Notes: generated from the sequence alone by a model not told the origin. Positions 1 to 15,225 are shown, counted from the stretch's first letter. The stretch is 64,000 nucleotides of DNA from Octopus vulgaris (GCA_951406725.2 OX597821.1:109988001-110052000); one strand, 5' to 3'. Numbers and translations: made by a program.

Positions 1-62
1 GGCAGACGAAATACGGCTACGCATTTCGCCCGGCGCGCTAACGTTTCTGCCAGCTCGCCGCT
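1..62 (-). mobile_element. 5' head of tRNA-derived SINE family B (runs off window start)
   Basis: Reverse complement GGCGAGCTGGCAGAAACGTTAGCGCGCCGGGCGAAATGCGTAGCCGTATTTCGTCTGCC matches the heads of the units at 47858-50585. Confidence 0.85.
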
Positions 63-143
63 TTCCCGGTCAAGGTATATTAAGAATCAACAGAAAGTAA
101 AAAATACTCAATAAAGTTTCAACTTTTAACTACTTGCCTCATA

Positions 144-348
144 CAGGGTCGGCCAAAAATCACCTGACAGTAAATTAAAACCCCATTTAATTCCAAGTTT
201 CATTTATGCTTAGCTATTGAATGAGACTTCGCTAATAAATAGACATATTCGATTATTAAACATTCATAATTGGAATGAATAAATAAAATTGAATATTAAG
301 TATTTATGGAATTTTGATATACTGTCGAGTGACTTTTGGCCATCCCTG
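144..348. mobile_element. Tc1/mariner-type MITE (205 bp)
   Basis: Imperfect ~29-bp TIRs CAGGGTCGGCCAAAAATCACCTGACAGTA / TACTGTCGAGTGACTTTTGGCCATCCCTG, flanked by TA on both sides. Confidence 0.8.
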
Positions 349-638
349 TATATGTTTAATAACAATTTGATTCATCTTTACTTAAAGTTTTGTGGGCGTA
401 GGATGTATTCAGTTTATCAGATGTTAGTTTAAACTGATAGATGGACAGTTGCTATAATGCTATTGCACATTATAATCTTATTTCCTCCTCTATATTCCAG
501 CATATTTTGACATGTATTAGATTACGTAACATTGTTATACTCAAGTATTGATCCCATTTTCTAACGCGGGAAATGTGTACGTATATTTTTAAGTGACGTC
601 TGTAGTATGCTGTATACACACACACACACATGCACGTA

Positions 639-717
<79 letters not shown>

Positions 718-875
718 CCTATGTTAGAAAAAGGGATCAACCCTTCAGTATAATTGTATACATATATGCTCATGGCGCTGTAATCGCCCAAAAACACCGA
801 TTCGTTAGCTTTCACTTTTAGCTGTGTAAGCGTCTTGACGCCCTTGGTCGCATACAGCGACAATTACACACACAC

Positions 876-974
<99 letters not shown>

Positions 975-1037
975 CATACATATATATATATATATAAATT
1001 ATATATATATATGCATATATACATACATATGTACATG

Positions 1038-1077
<40 letters not shown>

Positions 1078-1649
1078 TATACGGGTTCAGGACGTAACAA
1101 AACGTAAACAACATGTAATACGAAAAATGTACAAGGCTAACAAAAGGTTTTATGATTGGTATTGAATTCCAGGTAGTCTGCAGTCGAGATCCGAAGTCGG
1201 AGTCCATCATCAGTCAACTTTGTAAATCGATGGTTGCATTACCAAGTTAATATGGCATGTTTTCACCAAATGATATATAAGAAAATGGCATAAATAATGG
1301 GTTTCATACATTTATTTGGGCATTGTAGACTTAGAGGTGTTTCTGATCTAAAATTTGGTTGCGTACATGGTTCAGTTTACCCAGTCGATTGAAGGAGTCC
1401 AAAACATCAACTGTCACTTGATACATTGACTCTGAGTATGTGAGCATTCTAACGCTATATTTTCAATAGATCGATGGATCGATTGAGTACACTGAAGCAT
1501 GAACGCACCCATAATCTACATCAGAAAAAACCGTAAGTCTATAATGCTTTAACAACAACATGTATATATATAAACACACACACACGCACACACACGCGCA
1601 CACACACACACACACACACATACACACACACACATATATATATTTATTT

Positions 1650-1990
1650 ATTACCCACAAGTGGCTAAACACAGAGGTGACAAACAAAGACAGACAAAGG
1701 GATTAAGTCGATTACATCGACCTCAGTGCGTAACTGGTACTTAATTTATCGACCCCGAAAGGATGATAGGCAAAGTCGACCTCGGCGGAATTTGAACTCA
1801 CAACGTAACGGCAGGCGAAATATTTATTTCTTTACTACCCACAATGGGCTAAACACAGAGAGAACGAACAAGGGCAGACAAATGGATTACATCGATTATA
1901 TCGATCCCAGTGCGTAACTGAGACTTATTTAATCGACCCCGAAAGGATGAAAGGTAAAGTCGACCTCGGCGGAATTTGAACTCAGAACGA
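1650..1990 (-). mobile_element. SINE family B body, internally duplicated
   Basis: Two successive copies of the block GACCCCGAAAGGATGA..GTCGACCTCGGCGGAATTTGAACTCA, the reverse complement of the array unit. Confidence 0.85.
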
Positions 1991-2973
1991 ATAAAAAGAA
2001 TAAAAAGTAGATATATACAAATTTAAGAAAAACAGCTGGTTTCAATGTTATACTGTAAAGCTGAAATAATAATCGTGAAGTAAACGTGACTAAAGATACC
2101 AACATTGCTAGAAATAAGAGCTAAATTGCTCCGTTCCTCTTATAAATCATATAACATATTCTGATATATAACATATTCTGCAATCGATCCCAACACCTAA
2201 TACAGAATTCCTTAGATTGAGCGGTCAGTTTCGGCTATTTCCGTAGGCATCGTCAGTAAGGCCAAGGTAGATTCCGGAGCTCTTCACCCATCAGAATATA
2301 TCTATTTCCATCGGTCACTTTTGCCGAACCGCTAAGTTACGGGGACGTAGACATACCAATACCATTTCGCCCGGCGTGCTAACGTTTCTGCCAGATCGCC
2401 GCCTACATATATATGTGGGTGGGGGTGAGTGTGTGTGTATACGTATGTATGTATGTATGGATGGATGGATGTAAGTATGTATGAATGGCTGGTTGTCTGT
2501 ATGTAAGTATGTTTGGATGTACGCATATGTATATGAACGTTCTATTATAAAATATATATATGTGTGTGTGCGCGCGTACGTGCCTGCGTGTTTGTTTCTG
2601 TTTTTTTTTCTCTCAATATTTTGAGTCTCTTTTACATAAACTGTTACGATATTATAGTTCTCTTTCTATTTAATAAATCATGTACATACTTGCTTCTGTC
2701 TGGCTTTATACGTTGCCATTTTTTCTGTCAATCCTTAGACCTTGTGATATATATATATATATATACACACAGACACACACACACATACACACACACAGAC
2801 ACACATACAGACATACACTCGTGTACATACATACATATGAAGACACTCAAACACTCACAAACACACATATACGCGCACAAAGACTACAATTTTAAGGTCA
2901 ACAGTCTTCAAAATAGTTGTGTTGCTTTTGAGATTTTATATATATTTTTGCATTATTATTTTTATTATTATTA

Positions 2974-3044
<71 letters not shown>

Positions 3045-3640
3045 GTCGTTGTTGTTGTTGCTACTTCAAGTGGGTATTATTGGTGTACGATAAAACTTTG
3101 TCTCGTTGTTTACCCCGGAGTAATCTAAATAATTTACTACCTCTTTACTTCATCTTGGCAAAGTCTTCTTTTTCAAGTACAATAAACAGCTATAATATAT
3201 AGTATGTTTAATAAATGTATCATATTTAGATAATAAAAAGCAAAATAGCTAAATAAGTAAAATGACGTTGCACTTATTGGGTGTAATGACAACGAGTGAA
3301 CAATGGCGAATAAAACTGACAGCAATTCAAAGTTAATAAAGTTACATGTTATTGAGTCTATCATAACTCTATCATAAATATCTTATGCGCTTGCAGACTT
3401 GTGGGGTGTGTGTGCAGAGCTACACATTACCATTTCACACACACACAGAGGCACGCACACACGCAGGCACACACACATACACACACACACACTGGCCCGT
3501 TTGTGTAATAGGAATTTTTTTTCCAACTATGTGGTACCTGGTTCAGTTCTTCCGCGAGGCACTTTGTGCAACTGTTTTCTACAAAAGCCCCAGGCCCACC
3601 AGAGCCTCGTGAGTGGATTTAGGCGCCAGAGACTCAATAT

Positions 3641-3723
<83 letters not shown>

Positions 3724-5514
3724 GATATGTTCTGCATATACAATAACAGCCATACCAACAATCTAACAGACCTCCATCATCACCTGTCTAGTTAGACGTC
3801 ACTATGGTTTCGACACCTGGGCAGTAACATTCAATCCGGAGCATCAACAGCACTAAAATAAGTGTTGTTTGGGAACAAACATACCTTAGATATCACTACA
3901 TTCATTCAATCTTAATTCTAGGAAGGATCAAGCTCTGACATTATTAAGTAAACCACAAGAAAGAATCACATTTACCCTATATACAAAAACAGTGTCGGTA
4001 AATTAATATTTCTATAAATAAACCTATAATTAATTCCTAAAATATCTAACTAAATACCAAACTAGCCCATGCAGTCCATACAGATAATATTCCCACCAGT
4101 ATGTATGTGTATATTTACGTGTGTATATCTTCGAGTCTGTGTTCGTCCTCCTATCACCGCTTGACAAAACATGTTAGCGCTTTTACGTCTCCGTAACTTA
4201 GTGTTTCAGCAAGAGAGGCCGTTAGAGTAAGTAAGTACTAGGCCGACAAAAAATAGGTCCTGGGGTTGATTTCTTTGACTAAACCCCTTCAAGGCGATGC
4301 TCCAGCATGGCTGTAGTCAAATGACTGAAACAAATAAAAGAATAAAAGAATGAAAGAATACAACGAACTGAAGAGCGATGGTGAAAGAAGATATTGTGAA
4401 TATAATTAAAAGAGGAACAACGAAGTAGAAAGCCCAAAACAATACAATAGAACAATACGAAAGAAAAACAAAACAACAAAAGAGATACCCATAAACCGAT
4501 AGCACTGCTTATTGCTTATTGCTCCAGACGGGGCTGACCCGCCAATGTGGCATACAGACTTTGGTTTTGATTCAACTCTAGTCGTCTGGCGCCAGTGGAA
4601 GTCAACTGTTATACAAAATGACAGATTCCTTGCATGTCTCGCTGCTACGGGTTTACCCGAATGCGTTAGTCGCTCTTCTCTTTCTCTCTCTCTCTCTGTC
4701 TCTCTCTCTCTCTTTCTGTCTGTCTCTCTGTCTCTCTGTCTCTCTCTCTCTCTCTCTCTCGCTTTATCTCGCTTTCTCTCCTTCTCTCTCTCTCTCTCTC
4801 TCTCCTTTTCTTTTTATTTCTTCAGAATTTTTACCCATTCTCCAAACATGCGCATATTTACAAATACTCAGCCACATACTTGGACTCCGGTTATGATTCC
4901 CGGCACATGTGGTTCTGTCTGTGAGTGCCTTTCTGTGCGTGCGTGCGTGCGTGCGTGCGTGTGTACATGTATGTATATATATTTATGTGTATCTGTGTGT
5001 GTGTGTGTTTGTGTGTCTGTGTACGTACATATGGATATATCTATGTACATCTATGTATATATGTACATATACATATATATGTATATGTATGTATTTATAC
5101 TTATGTGTGTATATACACATGCTTGTAATATATGTATGTGTTTATGTGCGCTTGTGTATGTGTAGGTGCGAGCGTGCGTGTGATATATTTGTACGGATAT
5201 TGCATGTCTGAAGGTATGTACGTATTTCATGTCTGGACGTTTGAACTTGTCTGTCTCTGTGCGCATAAACATATGCAAATGTATGTTTGTCTCAGTCTAT
5301 ACGTACATATACAGACATACACATATGCAGACAGACATACATATATATAGACAGTCATATAGATAAATAAATAGATGGATAGATGGATAGATAGATATGT
5401 TTCTTTATTAGCCACACAGGGCTGCACACAGATAGAACAAATTACAAGGTAGAGCTTTTCTTTTGAAGGTTTAAGAAAGAAAAAAAAATAGATAGATAGA
5501 TAGATAGATGGATG

Positions 5515-5587
<73 letters not shown>

Positions 5588-5617
5588 TTAGATAGATAGA
5601 TAGACAGATAGATAGAC

Positions 5618-5680
<63 letters not shown>

Positions 5681-5707
5681 CAGATAGATAGATAGATAGA
5701 TAGATAT

Positions 5708-5758
<51 letters not shown>

Positions 5759-6289
5759 CACACACATACACACAAACACACTCACGTAAATATATATATG
5801 ATGTGAGACGTCTAAATACCCATGTGCCACTTTGCAGATTCTCAATCGCTTCACATGTCCTGGTGCGCACACATACGCAGACATACACACATACATGTGA
5901 ATATACATGGTGTGTGTGTGTGTGTGTGTGTGAGAGAGTGTGTTATGTGTATGTGTGGGGGGGAGTGTGAGCCTGTTAATTTCTTGGTAGACTCATTGGT
6001 TAGAGCGTTAACCAAAAATAACTTTTCGTGTTAGGTCCGACTCGTGTTTAATGTTCTAATACTGCTGAAGTGAACTTAACTCCTTATAACTCCCGGGTGC
6101 TCTATAAAACAAAATAATAGTCAAGTACTGGGGTCAACCAGCCGTGAGGGTTTCATCACAGAACTATTAATACAATAGTTGGAAGAAATATTAGTCGCAA
6201 GAATCGATCCCAGTACTATTTTTTTAAAAACCTGGTAACTATTCCATCGGTCTCGGAAGATTTTAATTAAAATCTTTTCTACTCTAGAC

Positions 6290-6420
6290 ACAAGATTTGA
6301 AGATTTTGGGTAGGGGAGCAGTCGATTAGATCGACCCCAGTACACAACTAGTACTTAATTTATCGACCCCGAAAGGATGAAAGGCAAAATCGACCTCGGC
6401 AAAATTTGAACTCAGAATGT
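6290..6420 (-). mobile_element. SINE family B 3' fragment
   Basis: ATCGACCCCGAAAGGATGAAAGGCAAAATCGACCTCGGCAAAATTTGAACTCAGAA core block. Confidence 0.75.
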
Positions 6421-7083
6421 TAATGAAACCACTTAAGCAGGGCAGGGGTGTGCCATAAAGACAAATGATAACGAGGAAGTATGGACGATTTGGCTTTAAC
6501 GAGATTCGCATTGCCTGGCAATTGCGCATGTGCGTATGTGAATATTTGAAGGCATGTGTACGTGGCTGTCTCTCCTTGTATATGTGAGTATATGTGTGTG
6601 CGTGTGTGTGTGCGTGTTTGTACGTATGTTGTGTTGACAAAAGTATCACGGGCCAAAGATCGATATTGATATATGGCGTGAAGTTCTGCGGATTACATTC
6701 TGCATAGACGATCATACTGACGATCTACAAATAAATTGTGTAAGTAAAATTACGTAATTTATTGATAGTGAAACAATTGTTTATGATTAATCGAAATTTT
6801 TGTTACTTTTCATTTGTCTTGTTCGCTTACGTTTCTGGTGTGCTAAATTTTTCTGGAGAACAATTCTTAGTGGTTAAGACCATAGCGGATCTTCTTCTAG
6901 CATAAGGGTTTCCACATAGTGGTTAAAAAATTCCCCCTTATATATATATATTCTTTTATGCATTTATTATTTTATTTGTTTCAGTCATTTGACTGTGGCC
7001 ATGCTGGAGCACTGCCTTTAGTCGAACAAATCAACCCAGGTCTTAATCTTTGTAAGCTTTATACCTATTCTATCACCCCATTT

Positions 7084-7157
<74 letters not shown>

Positions 7158-7512
7158 GCTTTTCAAAAAATACTTCTCTCAGAGTTCACTCTTTCCTCTC
7201 GTTCTGGTCCAAAGACCCTCCATGTTTGCTTTCGTTCGGTTTCCTTGTATGTCAACACTGTCATCTTTTTGTTCCCAGCTTTGACCCTTCGTAAATACTG
7301 AATTTTATTTTAGAATTTATGGAAGCAAATGTCTTTGAAAACACATATTGTCTTTGAATGCTCGGAATGAGGAGTAGATGGACAACTGTGTTTACTTGTC
7401 CTGTCCTCCATTTTTTTCTCGATGTTTACGTACTTCACTCGTTTTCCCGCGATTGTTTACGTATATTTCATGTTATTTGCACTGTTGGTGGGGTCCTGTA
7501 CCCGTATACACA

Positions 7513-7556
<44 letters not shown>

Positions 7557-7574
7557 ATAACTAAAACATATGCA

Positions 7575-7899
<325 letters not shown>

Positions 7900-7977
7900 T
7901 ACATATGTATTTATACTATATGCACTTCAATGTATACGCAAGAGTGTACTCATGTCTGTATGTATTATATATATATA

Positions 7978-8026
<49 letters not shown>

Positions 8027-8168
8027 CCACATACACATAAACATAAATTAACATAATTAACATAATTTTACACCAGATTAATGCAGATATTTCTACTAAC
8101 ACAAGATTTTGGAAGTGCTTAAATACGTATGTGCATGTATGTATGTATATATGTATATACGTGTCTGT

Positions 8169-8199
<31 letters not shown>

Positions 8200-8416
8200 C
8201 ACACACATTTACAAGTAAATACATGCACATTCATACTTGCATACTTAAAACGAAGGAGCATAAAACACTTCCAAACCCGCACATACACATAAATAAATAG
8301 ACATGTTTACATACACACACACACATAAACATACAGAGACGCATACGCATACGCATAAGCTTCTCCTCGTATAGGAATCGGGCACACATGTACCTTCTAG
8401 AATCTTCGACACTTAC

Positions 8417-8494
8417 CGAAGCACTTCTGGGTGGGATGAAGGGTGTAGTTTCCGGCGCCAGATTGACGGCAGGGCTCTGCCGTCCGTTAACAAT
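8417..8494 (-). other. Candidate 78-nt exon or structured-RNA island
   Basis: AG acceptor at 8496-8495 and strong GTAAGT donor from 8416; open frame IVNGRQSPAVNLAPETTPFIPPRSAS; weak polypyrimidine tract; the segment also folds into a hairpin. Confidence 0.25.
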
Positions 8495-8593
8495 CTGTAT
8501 TACCAACACCTCCCTTTCTCTAAACTTACGCACAGGTTACAGAGCTCCACCCATACATGCATACATACATATATATTTGTATGTAAATGTATA

Positions 8594-8653
<60 letters not shown>

Positions 8654-8690
8654 GTGTGTGTATATGTATATATATATATATATATGCCTG

Positions 8691-8723
<33 letters not shown>

Positions 8724-8728
8724 ATATT

Positions 8729-8796
<68 letters not shown>

Positions 8797-9456
8797 TACA
8801 TATAGATGTACGTGCATTCATGCATTCTTGCATTCTTGCATTCTCGCATTCTCGCACAAGCGCTAAAGGGTAACACCCAGACACATATTTTTTTAGAGAA
8901 ATATTCACGCTGTACGCAATATTGAGCACGGACACACAAACACCCCCCCACACACACACACACGCGCGCTCGCACATACATACACACACACAAATACTGA
9001 TAATACATACATTACTCGATGTAGACAAATGAATAGGCAAATTCATTTACAGAGTGAATTACAGATTGATGCAAATACACACACATATACACACGTACGC
9101 ATACAATTGCACACGCACACAAACGGATACACTCTTACTTGTGTGTGTGCATGTGTGTGTGTGTCGGGCGAAATCACCTGATCTGGCAATCTAGGCAGCA
9201 GTAACGGACGATTATATCCCGCTAGTGATATGAACTCGAGTGCTTATATGCACCCTAAAGTAAATATAAGAGTTTCTTGCATGGTAAGTATTTCAGCGGA
9301 GCTAAACATTAACTTTTAGTATTAATACTGTTATTATTATGATTATTATATATTTTTTTATATACTAATAATATTTTATAATAATACTAGCTGACCACGT
9401 GCCGTCAATAATGACGGCTAATTCTAGTATTTGTTATATAAATATGATACAAAAAA

Positions 9457-9825
9457 GGCGGCGAGCTGGCAGAAAGGTTAAGCACGCCAGGTGATAATGC
9501 TTAGCGGTATTTCTTCTACCGCTGCGTTCTGAGTTCAAATTCCGCCGAATTCGACTTTGCCTTTCATCCTTTCGGGGTCGATTAAACAAGTACCAATTAC
9601 GCACTGGAGTTGATATAATCGACTTAGTCCGTTTGTCTGTCCTTGTTTGTTCTTTCTGTGTTTATCTCCTTGTGAGTAGTAAAGAAATCGGTATTTTGTC
9701 TGTCTCTACGTTCTGAGTTGAAATTCTGCCGAAGTCGACTTTGTCTTTCATCATTTCGGAATCGATAAATTAAGTACCAGTTGCGTACTGGGGTCGATCT
9801 AATCCACTGGCCCACTCCCCAAAAG
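9457..9825 (+). mobile_element. SINE family B, full length with internal duplication
   Basis: Head GGCGGCGAGCTGGCAGAA, B-box-like GAGTTCAAATTCC, and core GACTTTG(C/T)CTTTCATC..GAT present twice. Confidence 0.85.
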
Positions 9826-10084
9826 GTACAAAATTAGGTACATAATAATCAAACATACAAACATTTACATACGTCCCTTGTATACCCACATACATACACA
9901 CATATACTCACACAAAGTTGAAAAGCTATTTTTTTTTCTTTTCACCCCTTCCTTCCTTTTTCTCATTGCTATTACTTTCTCTCACTCCTCGTAGTCAGGG
10001 CTATTACTCTCACTACTTCTCCTTCACTGAGTTACTATTTTCTCTCCTCCTCTGCGTCCAGCGTGATTGTGGATAAGCATATAT

Positions 10085-10498
10085 ATTCTTTTATTCTTTT
10101 ATTCTCTTACTTGTTTCAGTCATTTGACTACGGCCATGCTGGAGCAACCACCTTTTAGTCGGGCAAATCAACCTAAGGACTTATTCTTTGTAAGCCAAGT
10201 ACTTATTTTATCGTTTCTTTACGGCCGAACCGCTCGGTTACGGAAACGTAAACAGGCCAGAATCGCATGTCAAGCGATGTTGGTGGGGGACAAACACAGA
10301 CACACACACATACATACACATACATATATATATACGACGAGCTTTTTTCTGTTTCCGGACACAAAAATCAACTCACAAGGCTTTGGTCAACCCGAGGCTA
10401 TAGTAGAAGACACTTGCCCAAGTTGCTACGTAGTGGGACTGAACCCGGAACCATGTGATTGGTAAGCAAGTTACTTACCACACAGCCACTCCTGCGCC
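10085..10498 (-). mobile_element. SINE family A, full length (tRNA-like head, CORE-like CTTGGGCAAGT block, internal microsatellite, A-rich tail)
   Basis: Reverse complement starts GGCGCAGGAGTGGCTGTGTGGTAAG..GGTTCAGTCCC and ends GCTCCAGCATGGCCGTAGTCAAATGACTGAAACAAGT; more than 15 related copies in the window. Confidence 0.9.
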
Positions 10499-10609
10499 TA
10501 TATATATATATACAAATATATAAAAACACTACGCTCACTATTATATTTGGAAACTATTTATTTTATATTGTAATATATTATACATATTATACATATGTAC
10601 GTAGTTAGA

Positions 10610-10765
10610 CGAGGAGATGCTGGAAATTGTCTGACTTTAATGGTATCGCTAAGACCTAGTCAAAGGCCCAAACTTCGCCGTTTTTTATAGGGCTTAGTAA
10701 AACTGAAGGATCGCTGGAATAAGTGTGTGAATCTGAGAGGGGAATAAAATTTTGAAGAAAATCAT
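10610..10765 (+). mobile_element. Mariner transposase 3' remnant
   Basis: Translates to ..KLKDRWNKCVNLRGE, resembling the mariner C-terminal KL..RW.KC....G.Y motif. Confidence 0.55.
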
Positions 10766-10971
10766 GGTTAAATGATTCTCCTTTATATTCCTTTACTCAA
10801 AGCCAGTATCTTTTCAGCATCCCCTCCTATGTTCAGGCAAAAAATAATAACGTACATATCTCGATGGAACCATGTTAGTGGGCGAATTCTTTCGTAGAAT
10901 AAGAAACACACAACCTCTCACAGACATACACACAGGATGTCCACCCGCACAAACACACACGCAGTAACCGT

Positions 10972-11019
<48 letters not shown>

Positions 11020-11291
11020 CGATGACTTGCATTTTTTTGTTAATATGTTCCCAGTGTTTCGAACGCAAAATATGCTAATCGCTGGTGCATCCTTCACAGA
11101 ATATTATCCTCTCCTTTTACAATGACAATGTGTTTATAACGCAATCGACACATTGGTGCAACAGATTCTGCGACTTATCTCTCGATATGTTGCAGATATT
11201 ACTACTGATTAACGGCGATTTTGTTCCTTGAACTTACAAAACGCTTTTTGTTCAGATATACACACACAAAAAAAAGAAAAACGAAGACGCT

Positions 11292-11334
11292 GTTGACTGA
11301 CGAGGCACAACATGTTGAAACACCGGTGTCCGAG
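11292..11334 (+). ncRNA. Minimal hammerhead ribozyme motif
   Basis: CTGACGA (11297), stem II GGCA/TGTT, GAAAC, palindromic ACCGGT, then GTC triplet (11328-30); stem I imperfect. Confidence 0.6.
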
Positions 11335-11726
11335 AATCGACAATTCCCCTTCTATTATAGGAGATTAAATCTTTTATGTCACTTAAGAATAGGAGGTGTT
11401 GTGTTACTGACATTTGATCACTGATTGAAAATTCATAACATTTAACATGTGACATGACCTAATGATGACGAAACGAAGAAAGGCTAAACTTCCTAATAGT
11501 TTTATTATCAGCCTCAACTTGGCCTTGGAGTAAACATATGTAAGCACTCCAGTTATTCATCTGTTGTTGTTATGATTAATTGTGTTTTAAGTATTGAGTA
11601 CTTCTTCCTTTCGTTTGTACAACAGCCGTGAGTATGAGCAGGGGGTATCTGCATGTATGTGTATGTGTATAGAAATATACACATGTACACGAACACATAT
11701 ACGTATATGTATACGCACACGCACGC

Positions 11727-11801
<75 letters not shown>

Positions 11802-11851
11802 AAACACATATATATACATATATACACACATGTTATATATAAACACGCATA

Positions 11852-12008
11852 GGCGCAGAGTGATGTGTGGTACGAAGATTGTTTTGCAACCATATGGTTC
11901 CGGGTTCAATCCCACTGCGTGATACCTTGGACAAGTGTCTTCTAAAATAAACTCGACAAACCAAAGCCTTGTGAGTGAATTTGGAAGACGGAAACTTGAA
12001 GAAGCCCG

Positions 12009-12061
<53 letters not shown>

Positions 12062-12272
12062 GGTGCGTGTGCCTTTGTATCTTTGTTTCTGCGCTCCTCG
12101 CTTCACAACCGATACTGGTGTGTTAACGTCCCCGTAGCATAGTGGTTCGGCAAAAGAGAGCGATAGTATAAGTACTAGGCTGACAAAGAATAAGTCCTGG
12201 GGTCGATTTGTTTGACTAAAACCCTTTGAGGTCTTACTTCAGCATAGCCGCTGTCAAATGACTGAAACAAGT
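11852..12272 (+). mobile_element. SINE family A, full length
   Basis: Same head, core, microsatellite and tail layout as the copy at 14352. Confidence 0.85.
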
Positions 12273-12784
12273 TAAAGTAACCAGCACGGAATTTTGTCAG
12301 TGAACAGGTCGCGGTCTCAAAGCGACGAAAATATTTTGGCAATTTATATTTAAATGTTGAAGTGAATCTAACGGTTTTTGTGTGTTTTTTAAATTGCTTA
12401 TAAACATCTACGCTGCAATTGTTTTCGTACCAGCACACGATCTCAGATCAGGTGACTTGCTATGCAAGTACATCTCCGTAACAATTTAAAGTATAAAAGC
12501 ATAGACACACACATATAAAAGCATAGACACACACACACATACACACACATATCTTTATATTGTCATTAGGCTCCGGTCATGCTGGAGTAGTGCTTTGAAT
12601 GCATTGTAGTAGAACGGATCGACCTCAGTACTTAATTCTTTTATGCCACGGACTTATTCTACCGGACTATTTGACGAACCGCTAAGTGAATTATACATAT
12701 AAAAGATCGACATCGGTTGTAAAACGATCCTAGAGGACAAACACAGAGCCACACGCACATAGATATATACATACACATACATGC

Positions 12785-12826
<42 letters not shown>

Positions 12827-12959
12827 TGATAGATAGATAGACAGACAGACACATATATACATACATACATACATACATACATACATACATACATACATAC
12901 ATACATACATACATACATACATACGTACATACATACATACAAACATACATACCAATAAC

Positions 12960-13790
12960 TGGATGCACAAAAGGGATAGAGATGCAGGAAAAACAGAAAA
13001 TGTGACAACCGATGCAGACTTAGTGGAAGATATCGCCGAAGATATCACCCACATCATAAGTAGTTGTCCGAAAATGTCATCACAGTATTATCCACCGATG
13101 AGACGTTGTTGCTAGGATACTCTATAATGAAATCCGTCGGAAGGATAAACCCGAGGACAAGAAAATAAGAACGCACAGTATAGTAGAAGCCATAGTCACT
13201 CATAACAAAAAGGAATACTGGTCGAATGTCTCAGTGAAAATCTCAATAAAATGTAAGCACAACAGACCTGATATAATGATTTGGGATAGAGAAGAGAAAC
13301 TGTGCACATTTGTGGAAATTAGCTGCCCAGCGGATATTAACATAAAGCTGAAGATCAGTGAAAAAGAGAATACCTACGCTGAACTGTTGAGAAATCTGCA
13401 GTTACTCTATCTAGATTACAAGTTCAAGTTTATACCTGTAATTATTGGGGCCCTGGAATATGTAACACACTGCGTAAATACCAATCTTGAGAAATTAGGC
13501 TTCCCCAAACCAGAAAGGAGAAGGCTAATTCGAAGACTACAGATCCAATCCATCACTGGAACAATAAAAATCTGTAAAACTTTCTAGATGTTTATCATTT
13601 GAATATATATGAGAATATCTAGATATGCATGAGATGACATACATAAAACAAAACATACAAATCTGCACATATACATATATACACACAAAAATACTTTGTT
13701 GCTGCTGTTGAAATTCAAATGAAGGAGCACTGGATCTGGGTTCGAAACCGGTTCTTTCTCTGTTGGTAAGAAAGCTTGAAATAAAAGTGA
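12960..13790 (+). mobile_element. R4/Dong-like non-LTR retrotransposon 3' fragment (restriction-like endonuclease) plus 3' UTR
   Basis: EDITHIISSCP zinc-knuckle remnant, then HNRPDIMIWD..FVEISCP..EKENTY..IPVIIGAL (PD-D/E and K..Y endonuclease motifs); the 3' UTR recurs at about 45255-45345. Confidence 0.8.
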
Positions 13791-13963
13791 TCAATGACAT
13801 AAGCATAAAAAAAACGATGCTGCGACTAAAACCCCTGTAAGCCAGTGCTCCAGCTTGGCCGCAGTCAGATGACTGAAAGAAGAGAGAATAAAAGAATACA
13901 TATATATATATATATAATTGTGTGGATGTGTGTGCGTGTATACTTATATATGTTTATACGCAT

Positions 13964-14262
13964 GGGGGCGCAATGGACTCGTGGTTACGGCAGCGGACTC
14001 GCTCCTTGAGGCTCCGGCAGGGGGTGGTGGCGAACCCTGCTGTACTCTTTCACCACAACTCTCTTTCACTCGTACTTCATGTTTTTATTGCACCGGTATT
14101 TCAAAGAGCCAATCTTGTCACACTCTGTGTCACGCTGATTCTAAGTTAAGGGTACACGTGTCTGTGGAATGCTCAGCCACTTTGCACGTTAATTTCACGA
14201 GCAGGCTGTTACGTTGATCGGATCAGCTGGAACCCTCGCCGTCGTGACCGACGGAGAACCAC
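13964..14262 (+). mobile_element. tRNA-derived SINE family D (internally deleted head)
   Basis: A-box-like GCGCAATGGACTCGTGGTTA head and a GC-rich body distinct from the flanks; B box apparently deleted. Confidence 0.55.
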
Positions 14263-14351
14263 AATATTTATACACTTATTTATGTATATTCTTTTTATAT
14301 ACATGTGTGTATGTATGGACATATGTATATTTGAATATACACATATATATA

Positions 14352-14517
14352 CAGGAGTGGCTGTGTGGTAAGTAGCTTGCTAACCAACCACATGGTTCCG
14401 GGTTCAGTCCCACTGCGTGGCATCTTGGGCAAGTGTCTTCTACTATAGCCCCGGGCCGACCAATGCCTTGTGAGTGGATTTGGTAGACGGAAACTGAAAG
14501 AAGCATGTCGTATATAT

Positions 14518-14567
<50 letters not shown>

Positions 14568-14799
14568 ATGTGTGTGTGTGTGTATTTGTGTGTCTGTGTT
14601 TGTCCCCCTAGCATTGCTTGACAACCGATGCTGGTGTGTTTACGTCCCCGTCACTTAGCGGTTCGGCAAAACAGACCGATAGAATAAGTACTGGGCTTAC
14701 AAAGAATAAGTCCCGGGGTCGATTTGCTCGACTAATGGCGGTGCTCCAGCATGGCCGCAGTCAAATGACTGAAACAAGTAAAAGAGTAAAGAGAGAGTA

Positions 14800-14800
<1 letters not shown>
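14352..14800 (+). mobile_element. SINE family A, full length, well preserved
   Basis: A box TGGCTGTGTGG, B-box-like GGTTCAGTCCC, CTTGGGCAAGTGTC core, (TA)n(TG)n, and 3' block ending in GTAAAAGA-type repeats. Confidence 0.9.
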
Positions 14801-14849
<49 letters not shown>

Positions 14850-14860
<11 letters not shown>

Positions 14861-15225
14861 GGCAGTTTGTCTGTCTGCGTGTCTGTGTGTCTGTTAGGTT
14901 GTACCCTCACCCTGACCACGGCTTTCAACCAATTCTGATGAAACTTGACACACACATAGCCGAATGTCATAATTCAAAACTAACGCAGCGAAAACTTTGA
15001 AAAGTTCCCCCAGTTCTGAAAAAAATCGATAAATTCGACATGGGGTCGAGAATCAGAAACACAAACCACAGACAGTCTAAGGGACGCAACTCGACCTTTT
15101 TAACTCTCAAAAAAATTTACCATAATTTTTTTCCCTTTTTTTTCTATTTTTTGGCTATAACTCTCTAAAAATGCTTTATAGTTATTTCCCTTAGAAACCC
15201 GAGCAACGCCGGGCGATACTGCTAG
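14850..15225 (+). mobile_element. Non-autonomous Helitron
   Basis: 3' hairpin CCCGAGCAACGCCGGG followed 8 nt later by CTAG|T; (GTCT)n microsatellite near the 5' end; no TIRs. Confidence 0.75.

Noticed and set aside
3760-3960. RTE-like remnant (YGFDTWA resembles YGSETW)
   Set aside because: One short motif; too degraded to call.
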